DNA from: Nannocystis bainbridge
GTDB lineage: Bacteria; Myxococcota_A; Polyangia; Nannocystales; Nannocystaceae
DNA length: 64,000 nucleotides
Assembly (NCBI RefSeq): GCF_028368995.1
Contig: NZ_JAQNDL010000003.1
Location: forward strand, 64,001 to 128,000
Reading direction: 5' to 3'
Shown: positions 1 to 9,939 of the stretch, one piece after another
Position numbering within the stretch: position 1 is the stretch's first letter
Layout of the letters: every line of letters begins with the position of its first letter
Made by a program: the position numbers and the translations under genes
Notes under the pieces: model-generated
Seen by the model: the letters and a program-made list of their open reading frames with translations, nothing else
Database searches by the model: none
What the model was told of the DNA's origin: nothing

Positions 1-3000
1 GAGCAGCAGGAAATGCTCATCGTCGGCGAGCTGGATCAGGCACCCGCGGAACAGCGGGCCGCGCGACAGATCGAACGGCCGCCGCACCTCGCTCGCGAGC
101 CGGCGCTCGAGCTCGAGCGCGCGCAGCTCGGCCGGCAGGCTGCGCAGGTCGAAGCGGCGCAGCGGCACCGCCACGCGCTCGCCGATCACCTGCCGCGCCT
201 GGCCTGCGACCTCGACGAAGGTCGTGCGCAGCGACTCGTGGCGCTCGACCAGCGCATCGAGCCCGCGCTGCAGCGCCGCCGCGTCGAGCGACCCGCGCAG
301 GCGGAACCCGTGCGGGCAGTTGTAGGCCGTGCTGTCCGGCGCCAGGCGGTCGAGGAAGAACAGCCGCTCCTGCGCCAGCGACAGCGGCAGCGGCCCGTCC
401 CGCCGCGCCGGCGCGATCGGGCTCGGCTCGCTCGCCGGCGCCCGTCGGGCCCGCACCAGCCCCGCCAGCGCCGCCACCGTCGGCCCCGCGTAGAGCTGCG
501 CCAGTGACAGCTCGACCGCGAACGTCCGCCGCACCCGCGCCAGCACCTGCGTCGCCAGCAGCGAGTGTCCGCCGAGCGCGAAGAAATCGTCGTGCGCCCC
601 GACCCGCTCGACCTTCAACACGTCCTGCCAGATCGCCGCCAGCGACACCTCGAGCTCCGAGCGCGGCGGCACCGACGTGCTCGCCGTCGCGTCGTCCTCC
701 GGCCGCGGCAGCGCCCGCTTGTCGATCTTCCCGTTGGGCGTCAGCGGCATCGCCGGCAGCCCGACGAACGCCGTCGGGATCATCGCCTCCGTCAGCGACC
801 GGCGCAGGAACACCCGCAGCTCGGCCGCCACGTCGCAGGCCGCCTCGCCGTGGCTGGCCACGAAGTAGGCCACCAGCCGGCGCTCGCCCGGCGTGTCCTC
901 GCGGGCGACCACCACCGCCTCCTGCACCCGCGGGTGGCGGGAGATCGCCGACAGCACCTCGCCGAGCTCGACCCGGACCCCGCGGATCTTCACCTGGTCG
1001 TCGCGCCGGCCCAGGTAATCGATGGTGCCGTCGGGCCGCTGGCGGGTGATGTCGCCGGTGCGATAAAGGCGGGCGCCGGGCTCGCTGGCGAACGGGTCGG
1101 GCACGAACCGCTCGGCCGTCAGGTCGGGCCGGCCCCAGTAGCCGCGGGCCAGGCCCTCGCCGCCGAGGTACAGCTCGCCGGGCACGCCGACCGGGCACGG
1201 GTTCATGTGCGGGTCGAGCACGAACACCCGCGTATTGGCGATCGGCCGCCCGATCGGCGGGTGCGGCACCCACTGCGAGCGCGCTTCGGGCAGCGCGTAC
1301 GCGGTCACCACGTGCGTCTCCGCCGGCCCGTAGTGGTTGTGCAGCGTGCACCGCGGCAGCCGCTCGAACAGCGCGATCACGGGCGCGGTCAGGTGCATCT
1401 GCTCGCCCGACGTCGTCACCTCTCGCAGGCTGCGCAGCACCTCGGGCCGGTCGGCGAACTCCTCCGCCAGCTGCTGCAGCACCACCACCGGCAGGATGAC
1501 CTTCTCGAGCGCCTCGGCCTCGATCGTCGCCCCGAGCCGGGCCACGTCGTGGCGGACCGCCTCGTCGATCATGTGGACCGCGCCGCCGGTGCGCCACGCC
1601 GTGAACAGCTCGTAGAAGCACAGATCGAAGCCCAGCGCCGCGAACTGCAGCGTGCGCGCCCCGCCGAGCAGCGCCTCCGCGTGCCACTCGATCAGATTGA
1701 CCAGCGCCGCGTGCGGCATGCCGATCCCCTTCGGCCGGCCCGTCGAGCCCGACGTGTAGATCACGTAGGCCAGGTCGCCCGGGTCGGTGCGCGGCAGCGG
1801 CACCGGGCTGGCCTCGACCGCCACCTCGACCAGCACCGGCTGGGCCTGGCTCGGCGGCAGCGTGGCCGCCAGGTCGGCGCGCGTCACCATCGCCACCGCC
1901 CCGCTGTCGGCCACGATCCACGCCAGCCGCTCCGGCGGGTAGGCCGGGTCGAGCGGCACGTAGGTCCCGCCCGCCAGCAAGATCGCCAGCACCCCGACCG
2001 CCAGCTCGAGCGAGCGGTCGAGGAACAGCCCCACCGGCACGTCGGCGCCGACCCCCAGCCCGCGCAGGCGCCACGCCAGCCGGGTCGCGCGCGCCTGCAG
2101 CTCGCGGTACGTCAGGCTCTGGCCGCCGCACACCACCGCCGGCGCGTCGGGCGTGCGCGAGGCCTGGGCCGCGAACAGCCCCTGCAGGCAATCGGGCCCG
2201 AGGTAGGCCGCGCCGGTCGCGTTCCACGCGTGCACCACCGTCTGCAGCTCGGCCGGCACCAGCAGCGCCAGCGTGCTGACCGGCCGCGCCGGCTCGGCCA
2301 GCGCCGCCACCAGCACCATCTCCCAGTGACCGAGCAGCCGCGCCACCGTGTCGGGCTCGAACAGGTCGCGGTCGTACGCGGCCAGCAGCAGCCCCTCGCG
2401 CAGATCGATCGCCAGCTCGAGCTCGTGCGCGACGACCCCGAGGTCGAGCGCGACCCCCGACGGCTCGTCGCTGGCGCCGTGGAAATACACCTGGCACTCG
2501 GGCGCGCGAGTCGTCATCGCCGCCACCAGCGAGGCCAGCGCGCCGTGCTCCTGCGCCGTGGCGATCGCCGCCTGCGTGCGCGCCAGCAGCGAACCGAAGC
2601 CCTGCTCCGGCAGGACCGCGACGCGCAGCATCCAGCGGTCGGCCACCGGCCCCAGGCGCGGCTTCTCGCCCGCCTGGGCCGCGCGCGCCTCGACCACCAG
2701 CTCGGCCTGCCCGGTGTAGCGGTGCAGCACCGCCAGCAGGCCGGTCAGCGCGACCGTCTCGACCTCGACCCCGCCGCGGGAGGCCGCGGCCGTCAGCGCC
2801 GCCGGCACGTCGTCGCCGAGCCGCCGCGACGCCCTGGCCCCAGGACGGGCCGGCACCGGCGAGCGCGGGCGATCCACCGGCAGCTCGAGCAGCGCCGGCG
2901 CGCCGGCGTGCTGGGCTTGCCACCAGGCGATCGCGCTGCGGGTCTGCGGCGACTCCAGCGACTCGGCCTGGGCCCGCAGGTGCTGGGTATAACGCCCGGT

Positions 3001-3552
3001 CACCTGTCCGGGCATTGGACCGGACCCCTCCACCAGCATTCGCCATTCCTTAAGGAGGCACTCCGCGTCGCTGTCTGCATCGGCGAGCAGCGCGTGCACG
3101 ACCAATACTGCCAGGTGCCGATCGGCGCGCTGGCGGATCAGGCAGACTCGCCACGGCGGCTCGGCCTGCGGATCGAGCCCGCCGCGCGCCGCCTCGCCGG
3201 CGCGGCACAGCACCTCCTCCTCGCTCCAGTCGCCGCCCTCGACGCGGACCAGCCGCGGCGACGCGGCCGCGGCGATCACCTGCAGCAGCCGCGCTTCGCC
3301 GGTCTCCTGCGTCCCCTCGCAGAAGGTCGTCCGCAGCAGATCGTGGCGCTCCCCGAGCCGCAGCGTCGCCTGCTCGAGCCGCCCGACGTCGACCGCCCCG
3401 TCGACCCACGCCGCGGCGCAGCGGTGGTGGACCGGCGACGGCCCGAACAGCCCCAGACGCAGCCATACCAGCGCCTGCTCGCAAGAAGCAGCGATTGTGT
3501 AGCCGGCGACAGGACCCTCGCGGTGCGGCGGTCCGAGGTCGATCGAGTCCAC
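1..3552 (-). CDS. Non-ribosomal peptide synthetase, 5' part (degenerate C - A - PCP - C...), continues beyond left edge
   Basis: Manual translation antisense to ORFs 13..507 and 565..3702 gives A-domain motifs LAYVIYTSGSTGRPKG, HNHYGPAETHVV, LYRTGD, QVKIRGVRVELGE, PNGKIDK; PCP motif FFALGGHSLL; a second C domain start LSLAQERLFFL...RHESLRTTF...PFDLSRGPLFR. Start (GTG 3552) uncertain. Confidence 0.93.
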   Translation of the reverse strand, partial: MDSIDLGPPHREGPVAGYTIAASCEQALVWLRLGLFGPSPVHHRCAAAWVDGAVDVGRLEQATLRLGERHDLLRTTFCEGTQETGEARLLQVIAAAASPRLVRVEGGDWSEEEVLCRAGEAARGGLDPQAEPPWRVCLIRQRADRHLAVLVVHALLADADSDAECLLKEWRMLVEGSGPMPGQVTGRYTQHLRAQAESLESPQTRSAIAWWQAQHAGAPALLELPVDRPRSPVPARPGARASRRLGDDVPAALTAAASRGGVEVETVALTGLLAVLHRYTGQAELVVEARAAQAGEKPRLGPVADRWMLRVAVLPEQGFGSLLARTQAAIATAQEHGALASLVAAMTTRAPECQVYFHGASDEPSGVALDLGVVAHELELAIDLREGLLLAAYDRDLFEPDTVARLLGHWEMVLVAALAEPARPVSTLALLVPAELQTVVHAWNATGAAYLGPDCLQGLFAAQASRTPDAPAVVCGGQSLTYRELQARATRLAWRLRGLGVGADVPVGLFLDRSLELAVGVLAILLAGGTYVPLDPAYPPERLAWIVADSGAVAMVTRADLAATLPPSQAQPVLVEVAVEASPVPLPRTDPGDLAYVIYTSGSTGRPKGIGMPHAALVNLIEWHAEALLGGARTLQFAALGFDLCFYELFTAWRTGGAVHMIDEAVRHDVARLGATIEAEALEKVILPVVVLQQLAEEFADRPEVLRSLREVTTSGEQMHLTAPVIALFERLPRCTLHNHYGPAETHVVTAYALPEARSQWVPHPPIGRPIANTRVFVLDPHMNPCPVGVPGELYLGGEGLARGYWGRPDLTAERFVPDPFASEPGARLYRTGDITRQRPDGTIDYLGRRDDQVKIRGVRVELGEVLSAISRHPRVQEAVVVAREDTPGERRLVAYFVASHGEAACDVAAELRVFLRRSLTEAMIPTAFVGLPAMPLTPNGKIDKRALPRPEDDATASTSVPPRSELEVSLAAIWQDVLKVERVGAHDDFFALGGHSLLATQVLARVRRTFAVELSLAQLYAGPTVAALAGLVRARRAPASEPSPIAPARRDGPLPLSLAQERLFFLDRLAPDSTAYNCPHGFRLRGSLDAAALQRGLDALVERHESLRTTFVEVAGQARQVIGERVAVPLRRFDLRSLPAELRALELERRLASEVRRPFDLSRGPLFRGCLIQLADDEHFLLL

Positions 3553-5251
3553 TCCTGTGTATACATCCGAGCGACGAAGGTGCACATTTCCCCCTGGATG
3601 CGCGAACAGCACGCGCTGGAGCGATCTGCTCCCGTCCCGCGGATTCGCCTCGGCGCGGATACGTATCGCCGGGTGAATGTCCGTAGTCGTGGAGCCAAAT
3701 AAAAGGCGAAGTCCCGTGCAGCGGGTGTGAATAGATATACACCGCGCCACACCGCCGACTACCAGGAATTCTACTGAGCGGACAGATGTCCGCAAGTCAC
3801 CTCGCAAATGTCATTTGCCAGACTCACGAACTCGCGACGCAGTCCGGCGAACAAGCACTCTCGCGTCGGCGCCTCGGCGCGGCGAGGTCCGCGGAGATCT
3901 CTCTTGTGAATGACGTCGTGGAACAATTGCGGCTCCTGCAGTGAAACGCCCGCCGCGCGCCTCGCCCGGTCCGCAGCCGTTCGCCGGCCCTCGGCAGGAG
4001 CGGTCGGCATCGCGCATCCTTGGCTGTGCATCGGTGTGTCTCCACATTTCACGAGCGCTCGCGGACGCGGACGCTCTTCAGGCGAACGGTCGTCGACTGC
4101 TGCTTGCCGGGCCCCTGACCGGGCCGCCCGGCGCGACCTGACGGTGAACGAACGTCCCGGAGATCGCCGGGCGAAATCATGGCACCCCGCATCGAGGTGC
4201 CTGCAATCGATCGCGGCCGCGTGTTCGTCGCGGCTGGCGACGCGCGCGCGACGGGCCCGCGCCCCTGCGCGTGACCCGATCGCCAGCGCCCCGCGAATCT
4301 CCGCCAGGGCCCGCCGCCGAGCTCCGCTCGCGCCCGCGATCTCGCAGCCTCCCGCGAGCCGCACCGCCGACGGGCGCTCGCCGACCCGCCTCGCCGCAGG
4401 CTGGCACCTCGCGCCGAAAGCATGCCCCCGCGCGCCGCCGCGAGCGGACGCTGCAGCGCCCGGACCGTCGAGCCGCGGGTGCGAACACGGCGTGGCTCGA
4501 CCCTGCCGCGGAAGGCGCCCCGAATCACGCGCACGCCCCCGAGCCTTCGCCCGCGCGCCGCCCCGAGCCATTGATACGACACCGCGAGCGCGATTGTCAG
4601 CAGGACCGAATCGCGGCTCGCCCGCGTCCCTTCGACGATTCGACGCGATCGCCCGCTCGCGTCGAACATCGCCCAGGGTCGAGCCCTCGGAGACCCGCCC
4701 GAAAACAGTCGGCATCTTCCGACGGTACCCGCCGCGCCCGCGAATCGCAACCGGCGCAGCACCGGCGATCGCTCGTTCGCACCACCACGAGTTGCGGCCT
4801 GCAGACAGCACCTGTCGATTCACCCGCCATCCCGCTCGCGTGCGCCGCCCCGCGGCCGATTGGCCGCATGTCTCAAAGGACATCCCGATCGCCGCCCAGG
4901 GCGGCCGGCGGCATGCTTCGCGCGAATCACGGCGGGGTCATCCGCCCGGCCGCCTCGTCGGCGCCTGCTCGTCGCGCATCACCCTGAGGGTCGGCAACGC
5001 CTGCCTCGACGGCGCGCAGCGGCTGCGTCTCCGGCGAGGCACGCAAGTGCCGGCACGCCGCTCGCCCGCGCATCGCTGCGACCAGACCTCACCAGCGCCG
5101 GCTCCGCGAACCCCACCGTTTGCCCCGAGCACCGCTCGGCGAACCCCGGGTGACAGGAGGCCCGCGTCACACCTCTTCGCAATCACCGGTGCATCCGGCC
5201 CCCATCCTTGCGCTGCTCACATTGCCTGCCGCTCGCGCGCACCGGCCGGGA

Positions 5252-5971
5252 TCACGCCCGGCGCTCGGCGATGTGAATCGCCGACGTCACGCTCTGCGCC
5301 ACCGTCTCCTGCAGCAGCGCCGAGAACATCGTGTACGCCGCCTTTTGCCCGTAGTAGAGCCCGACCGCCCGGCGCTCGTCGATGCGGAAGCCGTGGCGCC
5401 ACGCGACCGCCCCGGTGTCGGCGCGACGGATCTCCACGTCCAGCTCCCCGGCGAACGAGAGGAAGCTGAACGGCACCCCGATCACCGCCAGCAGCCCCAG
5501 CGGCACCGCGTTGCTGTGCACGCGCATCTCGGTGCGGCGGATCGCCCCGTCGATCACGAACGTCGCCTCGCCGCCGGCGCGACAGCGTTCGGGCGAGGCC
5601 GTGACTTCAATGGCCCAGTCGGGCCGCGCCTCGCGGATCGTCGCCGCCAGCAGGTCCGGCAGCGCCGTGCGCAGGTCACCCGCGCGCACCAGCGGCCGCC
5701 CGTTCTTGCTGCCCACGAAGCCGCCGCGGTCGACCTGATGGAACGTGTGCCCCATATAGAAGAGATTGGGCCCGGGGATCAGGCCGACCGGCGAGGTCGT
5801 CGTCAGCACATCGCCGCGGAGGTCGTCGAAGCGGCACACCAGCAGCGACACCGGCGGCCCCACGGCCTCGGGCAGCGCGGGCAAGCGCACGGGCGCCTCG
5901 TGCAGCGACGCGAGGTGAGTGCTACAGCCCGCCGCCAGCAGCGACGCGACCACGAGTCCGCGTGAGAGCAT
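5252..5971 (-). CDS. Putative lipoprotein
   Basis: Lipobox-type N-terminus MLSRGLVVASLLAAGC; normal codon bias. Confidence 0.7.
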   Translation of the reverse strand: MLSRGLVVASLLAAGCSTHLASLHEAPVRLPALPEAVGPPVSLLVCRFDDLRGDVLTTTSPVGLIPGPNLFYMGHTFHQVDRGGFVGSKNGRPLVRAGDLRTALPDLLAATIREARPDWAIEVTASPERCRAGGEATFVIDGAIRRTEMRVHSNAVPLGLLAVIGVPFSFLSFAGELDVEIRRADTGAVAWRHGFRIDERRAVGLYYGQKAAYTMFSALLQETVAQSVTSAIHIAERRA

Positions 5972-6126
5972 GCGGCCTTGAACCCGAAGGACCGGCGCCT
6001 ATTCCCGCGTCGGTCGCTGCTTCCGACGCGCTCGATCGCCCGCGCCGGGCCTGACCCGGGAAGACCCCCTGTTCTCGCAGGGATCGCCGGGCCTGCGATC
6101 GGCCCTCGCTTCACCGCTCCTGGGCT

Positions 6127-6335
6127 CGATCCTCCATCCCTGATGATTCGGCCGGCGAGCGGCCCTGCTCACAATCCTCCATCGCAGCCCCATCGCACGG
6201 CCCGTACTGCGATTGAACGCCCATGATTCGCCGCTCGTGGCTGCGATCCTCCATCCCTCATGACTCGCCCTGCGATCGGTCCTATCCAAAATCCTCCATC
6301 GCGGCATTCTTCGAACGGCCGGTAGTGCGATTGAA
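6127..6335. repeat. Two degenerate ~90-bp direct repeats (117-bp period) containing 4x ATCCTCCATC
   Basis: cgatcctccatccct at 6127 and 6244; aatcctccatcgc at 6173 and 6290; tgcgattgaa at 6208 and 6326. Confidence 0.8.
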
Positions 6336-6561
6336 GAATGCACCCATCTGCACGGCACCCTGTTCATTGCCGACACCGCTCCACTCCGCGCCCCGCGGCC
6401 CGCGCGATGACCCTACGTCAGCAGCATTCGAGGTCCGGTTCGCACGCCGCTCGCGCACGTCGGTCCGGTCACGCACCGCGCAAGTCTTGCTGGCACCGAC
6501 CCCTGGTCGCGCGAATCGCCGATGATAGAGTCCGGTCCATCGATTGGCGATCGACCGGAGA

Positions 6562-7347
6562 ATGGCCGTGACGGAGCCCATACGCGCATTGCGCCCCCGA
6601 ACCACCGAACTGCTGCGCGGCGACCTGCGTGACGTGAGCCTCGTCTCATTGTTGCAACTGGCCCAGGTCGAGGCGATCAGCGGCTGGCTGCGCATCGAGG
6701 GCCGCGGCGAGATTACCTTGCTCAAAGGTCATGTCGGCCTCGTCGCCTGCGGCCGCCTGAGCGGCGTCGAGGCCCTGCGCGAGCTCGCCTTCCACGACCG
6801 GGGCCGCTTCGTGCTCGCCCGCGGCGAGCCGGCCGGCGATCGCTGCGGCGACAACGTCACCTTCGCCCTGATGGACGCCTACCGCCTGCGCGACGAGTGG
6901 AAGCGGCTCGCCGACGCCGTCCTGCGGCGCGTCGGCGAGCGCCCGTGGAAGCCCACCGGCGGCCCCTTCGACCCGATCGTGCTCGAACTCGACGGTCGCC
7001 GCACCCTCGCCGAGCTCGTCGATCCCAACCCCGGCATCGCCACTCTGGTGATCGACGCCGCCCTCGACGCCCTGCGCCTCGGCGCCATCGAGCGCGTGCC
7101 CGAGGCCCAGCGGCGCCCGCCCCCGCTCACCGTGATCGACGGCAGCGACGCCGGCGACCCCGAAGACCCCGACGATTTGCTCGACCGCGGCCGCGATCTC
7201 GCGCGCCGCGGTGATTACGACGGCGCCGAGGCGCTGCTGCGCCGGGCCCTGGCCCGTCGGCCCGACGACCGCATCGCCCAACAGAACTTACGGGCCCTCG
7301 CCCGGCGCCGCGCCGCGCCCGGGCCCGAAACAGAGGACATCCGATGA
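6562..7347 (+). CDS. DUF4388 (PatA-N-like) domain protein with C-terminal TPR
   Basis: LRGDLRDVSLVSLLQLAQVEAISGWLRI matches the DUF4388 start; C-terminal TPR-like GRDLARRGDYDGAEALLRRALARRPDD. Start ATG 6562 or GTG 6568 (GGAG upstream). Confidence 0.8.
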   Translation: MAVTEPIRALRPRTTELLRGDLRDVSLVSLLQLAQVEAISGWLRIEGRGEITLLKGHVGLVACGRLSGVEALRELAFHDRGRFVLARGEPAGDRCGDNVTFALMDAYRLRDEWKRLADAVLRRVGERPWKPTGGPFDPIVLELDGRRTLAELVDPNPGIATLVIDAALDALRLGAIERVPEAQRRPPPLTVIDGSDAGDPEDPDDLLDRGRDLARRGDYDGAEALLRRALARRPDDRIAQQNLRALARRRAAPGPETEDIR

Positions 7348-7712
7348 CTCGCTCCGAACAGATAAGCAAGCTGCTGCGCAACCTCTCCACCACCACCCCC
7401 GACATCGAGGCCGCTGCCGTGGTCGACAACGACGGCCTCCTGATCGCCTCGGCCCTGCCCGCCGACGTCGAGGACGACCGGGTCGCGGCCATGAGCGCCG
7501 CCCTCCTCGGCATGAGCGAGCGGATCGTCCGCGAGCTGGCGCGCGGCGACTTCTCGCTGGTCATGGTCCGCGGCACCCAGGGCTTCGTGATCCTGGCCCG
7601 CACCGGCGCCGACGCGGTGCTCACCGTGCTCGCCACCGAGGCCGCCAAGCTCGGCCTCGTGTTCCTCGACATCTCGCGCGCGGCGAAGGAGATCGGCCGC
7701 CTCCTCGGATAG
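7344..7712 (+). CDS. Roadblock/LC7 (MglB-like) protein
   Basis: PDIEAAAVVDNDGLLIASALP...RVAAMSAALLG...VMVRGTQGFVIL...KLGLVFLDI; ATGA overlap with upstream gene. Confidence 0.92.
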   Translation: MTRSEQISKLLRNLSTTTPDIEAAAVVDNDGLLIASALPADVEDDRVAAMSAALLGMSERIVRELARGDFSLVMVRGTQGFVILARTGADAVLTVLATEAAKLGLVFLDISRAAKEIGRLLG

Positions 7713-7716
7713 ACCC

Positions 7717-8127
7717 ATGCTCGGCGTCGAGGCCCAGCTCACCGCGCTCCTGGGCGGCATGAACCGCGGCGGCGGCTACCCGCTGTCGCTCGTGTGCACC
7801 GCCCAGGGCCTGCTCGTCGCCGCCGCCGGCGAGCACGCGCGCAGCGACGTCGCCGCCGGGCTCACCAGCCTGTTCGACGACATCGTCCAGCGCGCCGTCC
7901 GCGACCTCGGCCTCGTCGACGTCGACGAGCTCACCCTCGCCGCGCCCGACGCCGGTCGTGTCGTCATTCGCCCGCTCGCGCGCGACTGCGTGCCGCGGCT
8001 GTTCCTGGTCGTCTTCGTCCCCGGCGGCCGCACCTGGCGGCGCCACACCAATCACATCACCCGCAAGCTGCTGGCATTGCTGAGCCCCTGGCTCACCCGC
8101 GCCGCCGCCCCGCAAGAGCCCCCATGA
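7717..8127 (+). CDS. Second, divergent roadblock/LC7-like protein
   Basis: SLVCTAQGLLVAAAG...VAAGLTSLFDDI pattern, 136 aa, tightly coupled in operon. Confidence 0.65.
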   Translation: MLGVEAQLTALLGGMNRGGGYPLSLVCTAQGLLVAAAGEHARSDVAAGLTSLFDDIVQRAVRDLGLVDVDELTLAAPDAGRVVIRPLARDCVPRLFLVVFVPGGRTWRRHTNHITRKLLALLSPWLTRAAAPQEPP

Positions 8128-8663
8128 CCGACGCGTCCGCCATCTACGCCGCGATCCAACAATTCATCGGCTTCGACGCCGACGACGCCGCCCGCCTGCG
8201 CGAACTGGCCCCCCTGTTCGCCGAGCACGGCTCTACCCTCACCGACCGCTTCTACGCCAAGCTGGCCGCCGACCCCGAGCAATCCGCGCTCATCGCCGGC
8301 CGCGTCGAGTCGCTGCGGCAGACCCACATGCGCTGGCTCTCCGAGCTGTTCGCCGGCGACTACGGCGAGCGCTACTTCGACGATCGCTGGCGGATCGGCC
8401 TCGCCCACGTGCGCGTCGGCGTGCGCCCGTGGTGGGTCGAGGCCGTCACCAGCTTCCTGCGCAGCGAAGGCCTCGCGCTGATCGAAGCCCACGTCGCCGA
8501 CCCCGAGCGCCGCGCCGCCTCGGCGCGCAGCCTGCTGAAGATCCTCGACCTCGACCTGATGATCATCAACCTCGCCTACGCCGACGACCGCGTCGACCGC
8601 CTGTGCCGCTTCACCGGCATGAGCCGCAAGCTGATCGAGCGCTGCATCGCCCAGGGCCGCTGA
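8124..8663 (+). CDS. Stand-alone protoglobin / sensor-globin domain protein
   Basis: FIGFDADDAARL...LTDRFYAKL...LRQTHMRWLSELFAGDYGERY...RIGLAHVRVGV (proximal His)...KILDLDLMII; ATG 8124 overlaps upstream stop. Confidence 0.88.
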   Translation: MTDASAIYAAIQQFIGFDADDAARLRELAPLFAEHGSTLTDRFYAKLAADPEQSALIAGRVESLRQTHMRWLSELFAGDYGERYFDDRWRIGLAHVRVGVRPWWVEAVTSFLRSEGLALIEAHVADPERRAASARSLLKILDLDLMIINLAYADDRVDRLCRFTGMSRKLIERCIAQGR

Positions 8664-8734
8664 TCGCCCGGCGACCCGAGCAGCGCCCGCGGGAGCCTCA
8701 CGCGGCTCGCACGCCGCTCGGCGTGCGCAGCACG

Positions 8735-8766
8735 CATGTCTTTTCGGACATGTCGTAACAGACATC
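8735..8766. repeat. 14-bp palindrome array (TGTC-N6-GACA x2)
   Basis: tgtcttttcggaca|tgtcgtaacagaca at 8737-8764; a weaker pair at 8919-8946. Confidence 0.7.
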
Positions 8767-9090
8767 CTCGATCGCTGCCGCGTGAGCCGCGCGACGGGTC
8801 CGCTGCCCTCCGCGACGAGGACGCTCGCGACGCACGACCTCACGAACGCCGCGGGCGCCAGCCGCTCCGCGCCGGGTCTCACCCGGCTTGCGGAGCGCCC
8901 TGGCGCCCACGGCATGGCTGCACTTCAGGACATGTACTTCGGAGCAGGACTCTGGGTCGACACCGGAGCTGCTCGAGGGGCGAGGTTCGGCGCAGCCGGC
9001 GAGGCCGGTGCAGCCGTCGTGCGGCGCCCGTCGAGGCGCCGCGGGGCCGGTCCGCGCTGGCAGGGGGCTGGCCCTGGGCGCGGCGGTCGC

Positions 9091-9312
9091 TCAGCTCGTG
9101 TGCGCCGAAGCCGACGCCGACACCGCAGCGGCCTGTCCGCCGCGACGCGGCCACTCGAGGCCGAGCTTGACGATCCGCCGCTTGAGCGCGTGGCGGGTGA
9201 TGCCGAGCAGAGACGCCGCGCCGACGATGTTACCGGCGGTGGTGAGCGCCTCGTTGCAGAGGCGGCGTTCGGCGTTCTCGAGATTGAAGTCTTCCAAAAT
9301 CAGCTGTGGCAA
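9091..9312 (-). CDS. Small Fis-family helix-turn-helix protein
   Basis: NLENAERRLCNEALTTAGNIVGAASLLGITRHALKRRIVKLGL is an HTH_8 pattern; GGAG upstream. Confidence 0.82.
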   Translation of the reverse strand: MPQLILEDFNLENAERRLCNEALTTAGNIVGAASLLGITRHALKRRIVKLGLEWPRRGGQAAAVSASASAHTS

Positions 9313-9939
9313 GGTCCGTACTCCGTGTGACGATGTGTATATCGCAACGGAGTGTTCTCGCGCGGATCAAGCGGAGGCGCGGCGGCAACTCACGATCCCT
9401 CCTGCCCCGCATCCACGGCCCCTCGCGCCGCCTCCTCGCCCGCGAGGCCCCGTCCGCGAGCGGCCGCCCAGGGGGCCCTCCACGGCCTCTCAGGCCGACT
9501 TCGCGAAGATTCATCGCCGCGCTCGCGGGTCCGATCGCCGTCGCCGGTGGGCCGCGAGATCGGTCGAGTCCTGCACCCACGAACTATGACGACACGCGCG
9601 ATTCTGAGCGACGCCATTCTGCGGTGATGTCGGCCTCGCCAAGATCCACGAGCGGCGCGCTGCTGCGTTCGCGGCGGCTCGGCGAGAGCCGCGACGAATG
9701 TGCCACCCGACCCCACGCGTGGGTCCCCATCGCTCGCCGCCGCAGCGACCCGCGGCCGCGTCTCGGCGTTCGCAGGCGGCCCGCGATTGCCCACCCGTGC
9801 CCTGGCGTCCACCGCTGCCGCGGCGCGGGCCGGCGTGACGCCCTCGGCGGCCAGGCCGGCGGCGGGAGCGTCGGGATCGGGAGCGTGTCGGCCCGGATCT
9901 TCCGTGTCACGCGCGCCGGGGCTGCCTCGTCTCGGCCGC

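Noticed and set aside
565-3702. Long track ORFs such as 565..3702(+), 17..3046(-), 17217..20702(+), 21630..24872(+), 34217..36691(+), 56155..58779(+)
   Set aside because: Antisense or off-frame shadows of genes with clear motifs; Arg/Ala/Pro-rich and stop-poor because of high GC.
3771-5200. Overlapping 200-500 aa ORFs upstream of the NRPS
   Set aside because: No motifs or coding-like composition in any frame; treated as a long non-coding/regulatory region whose content I cannot resolve.
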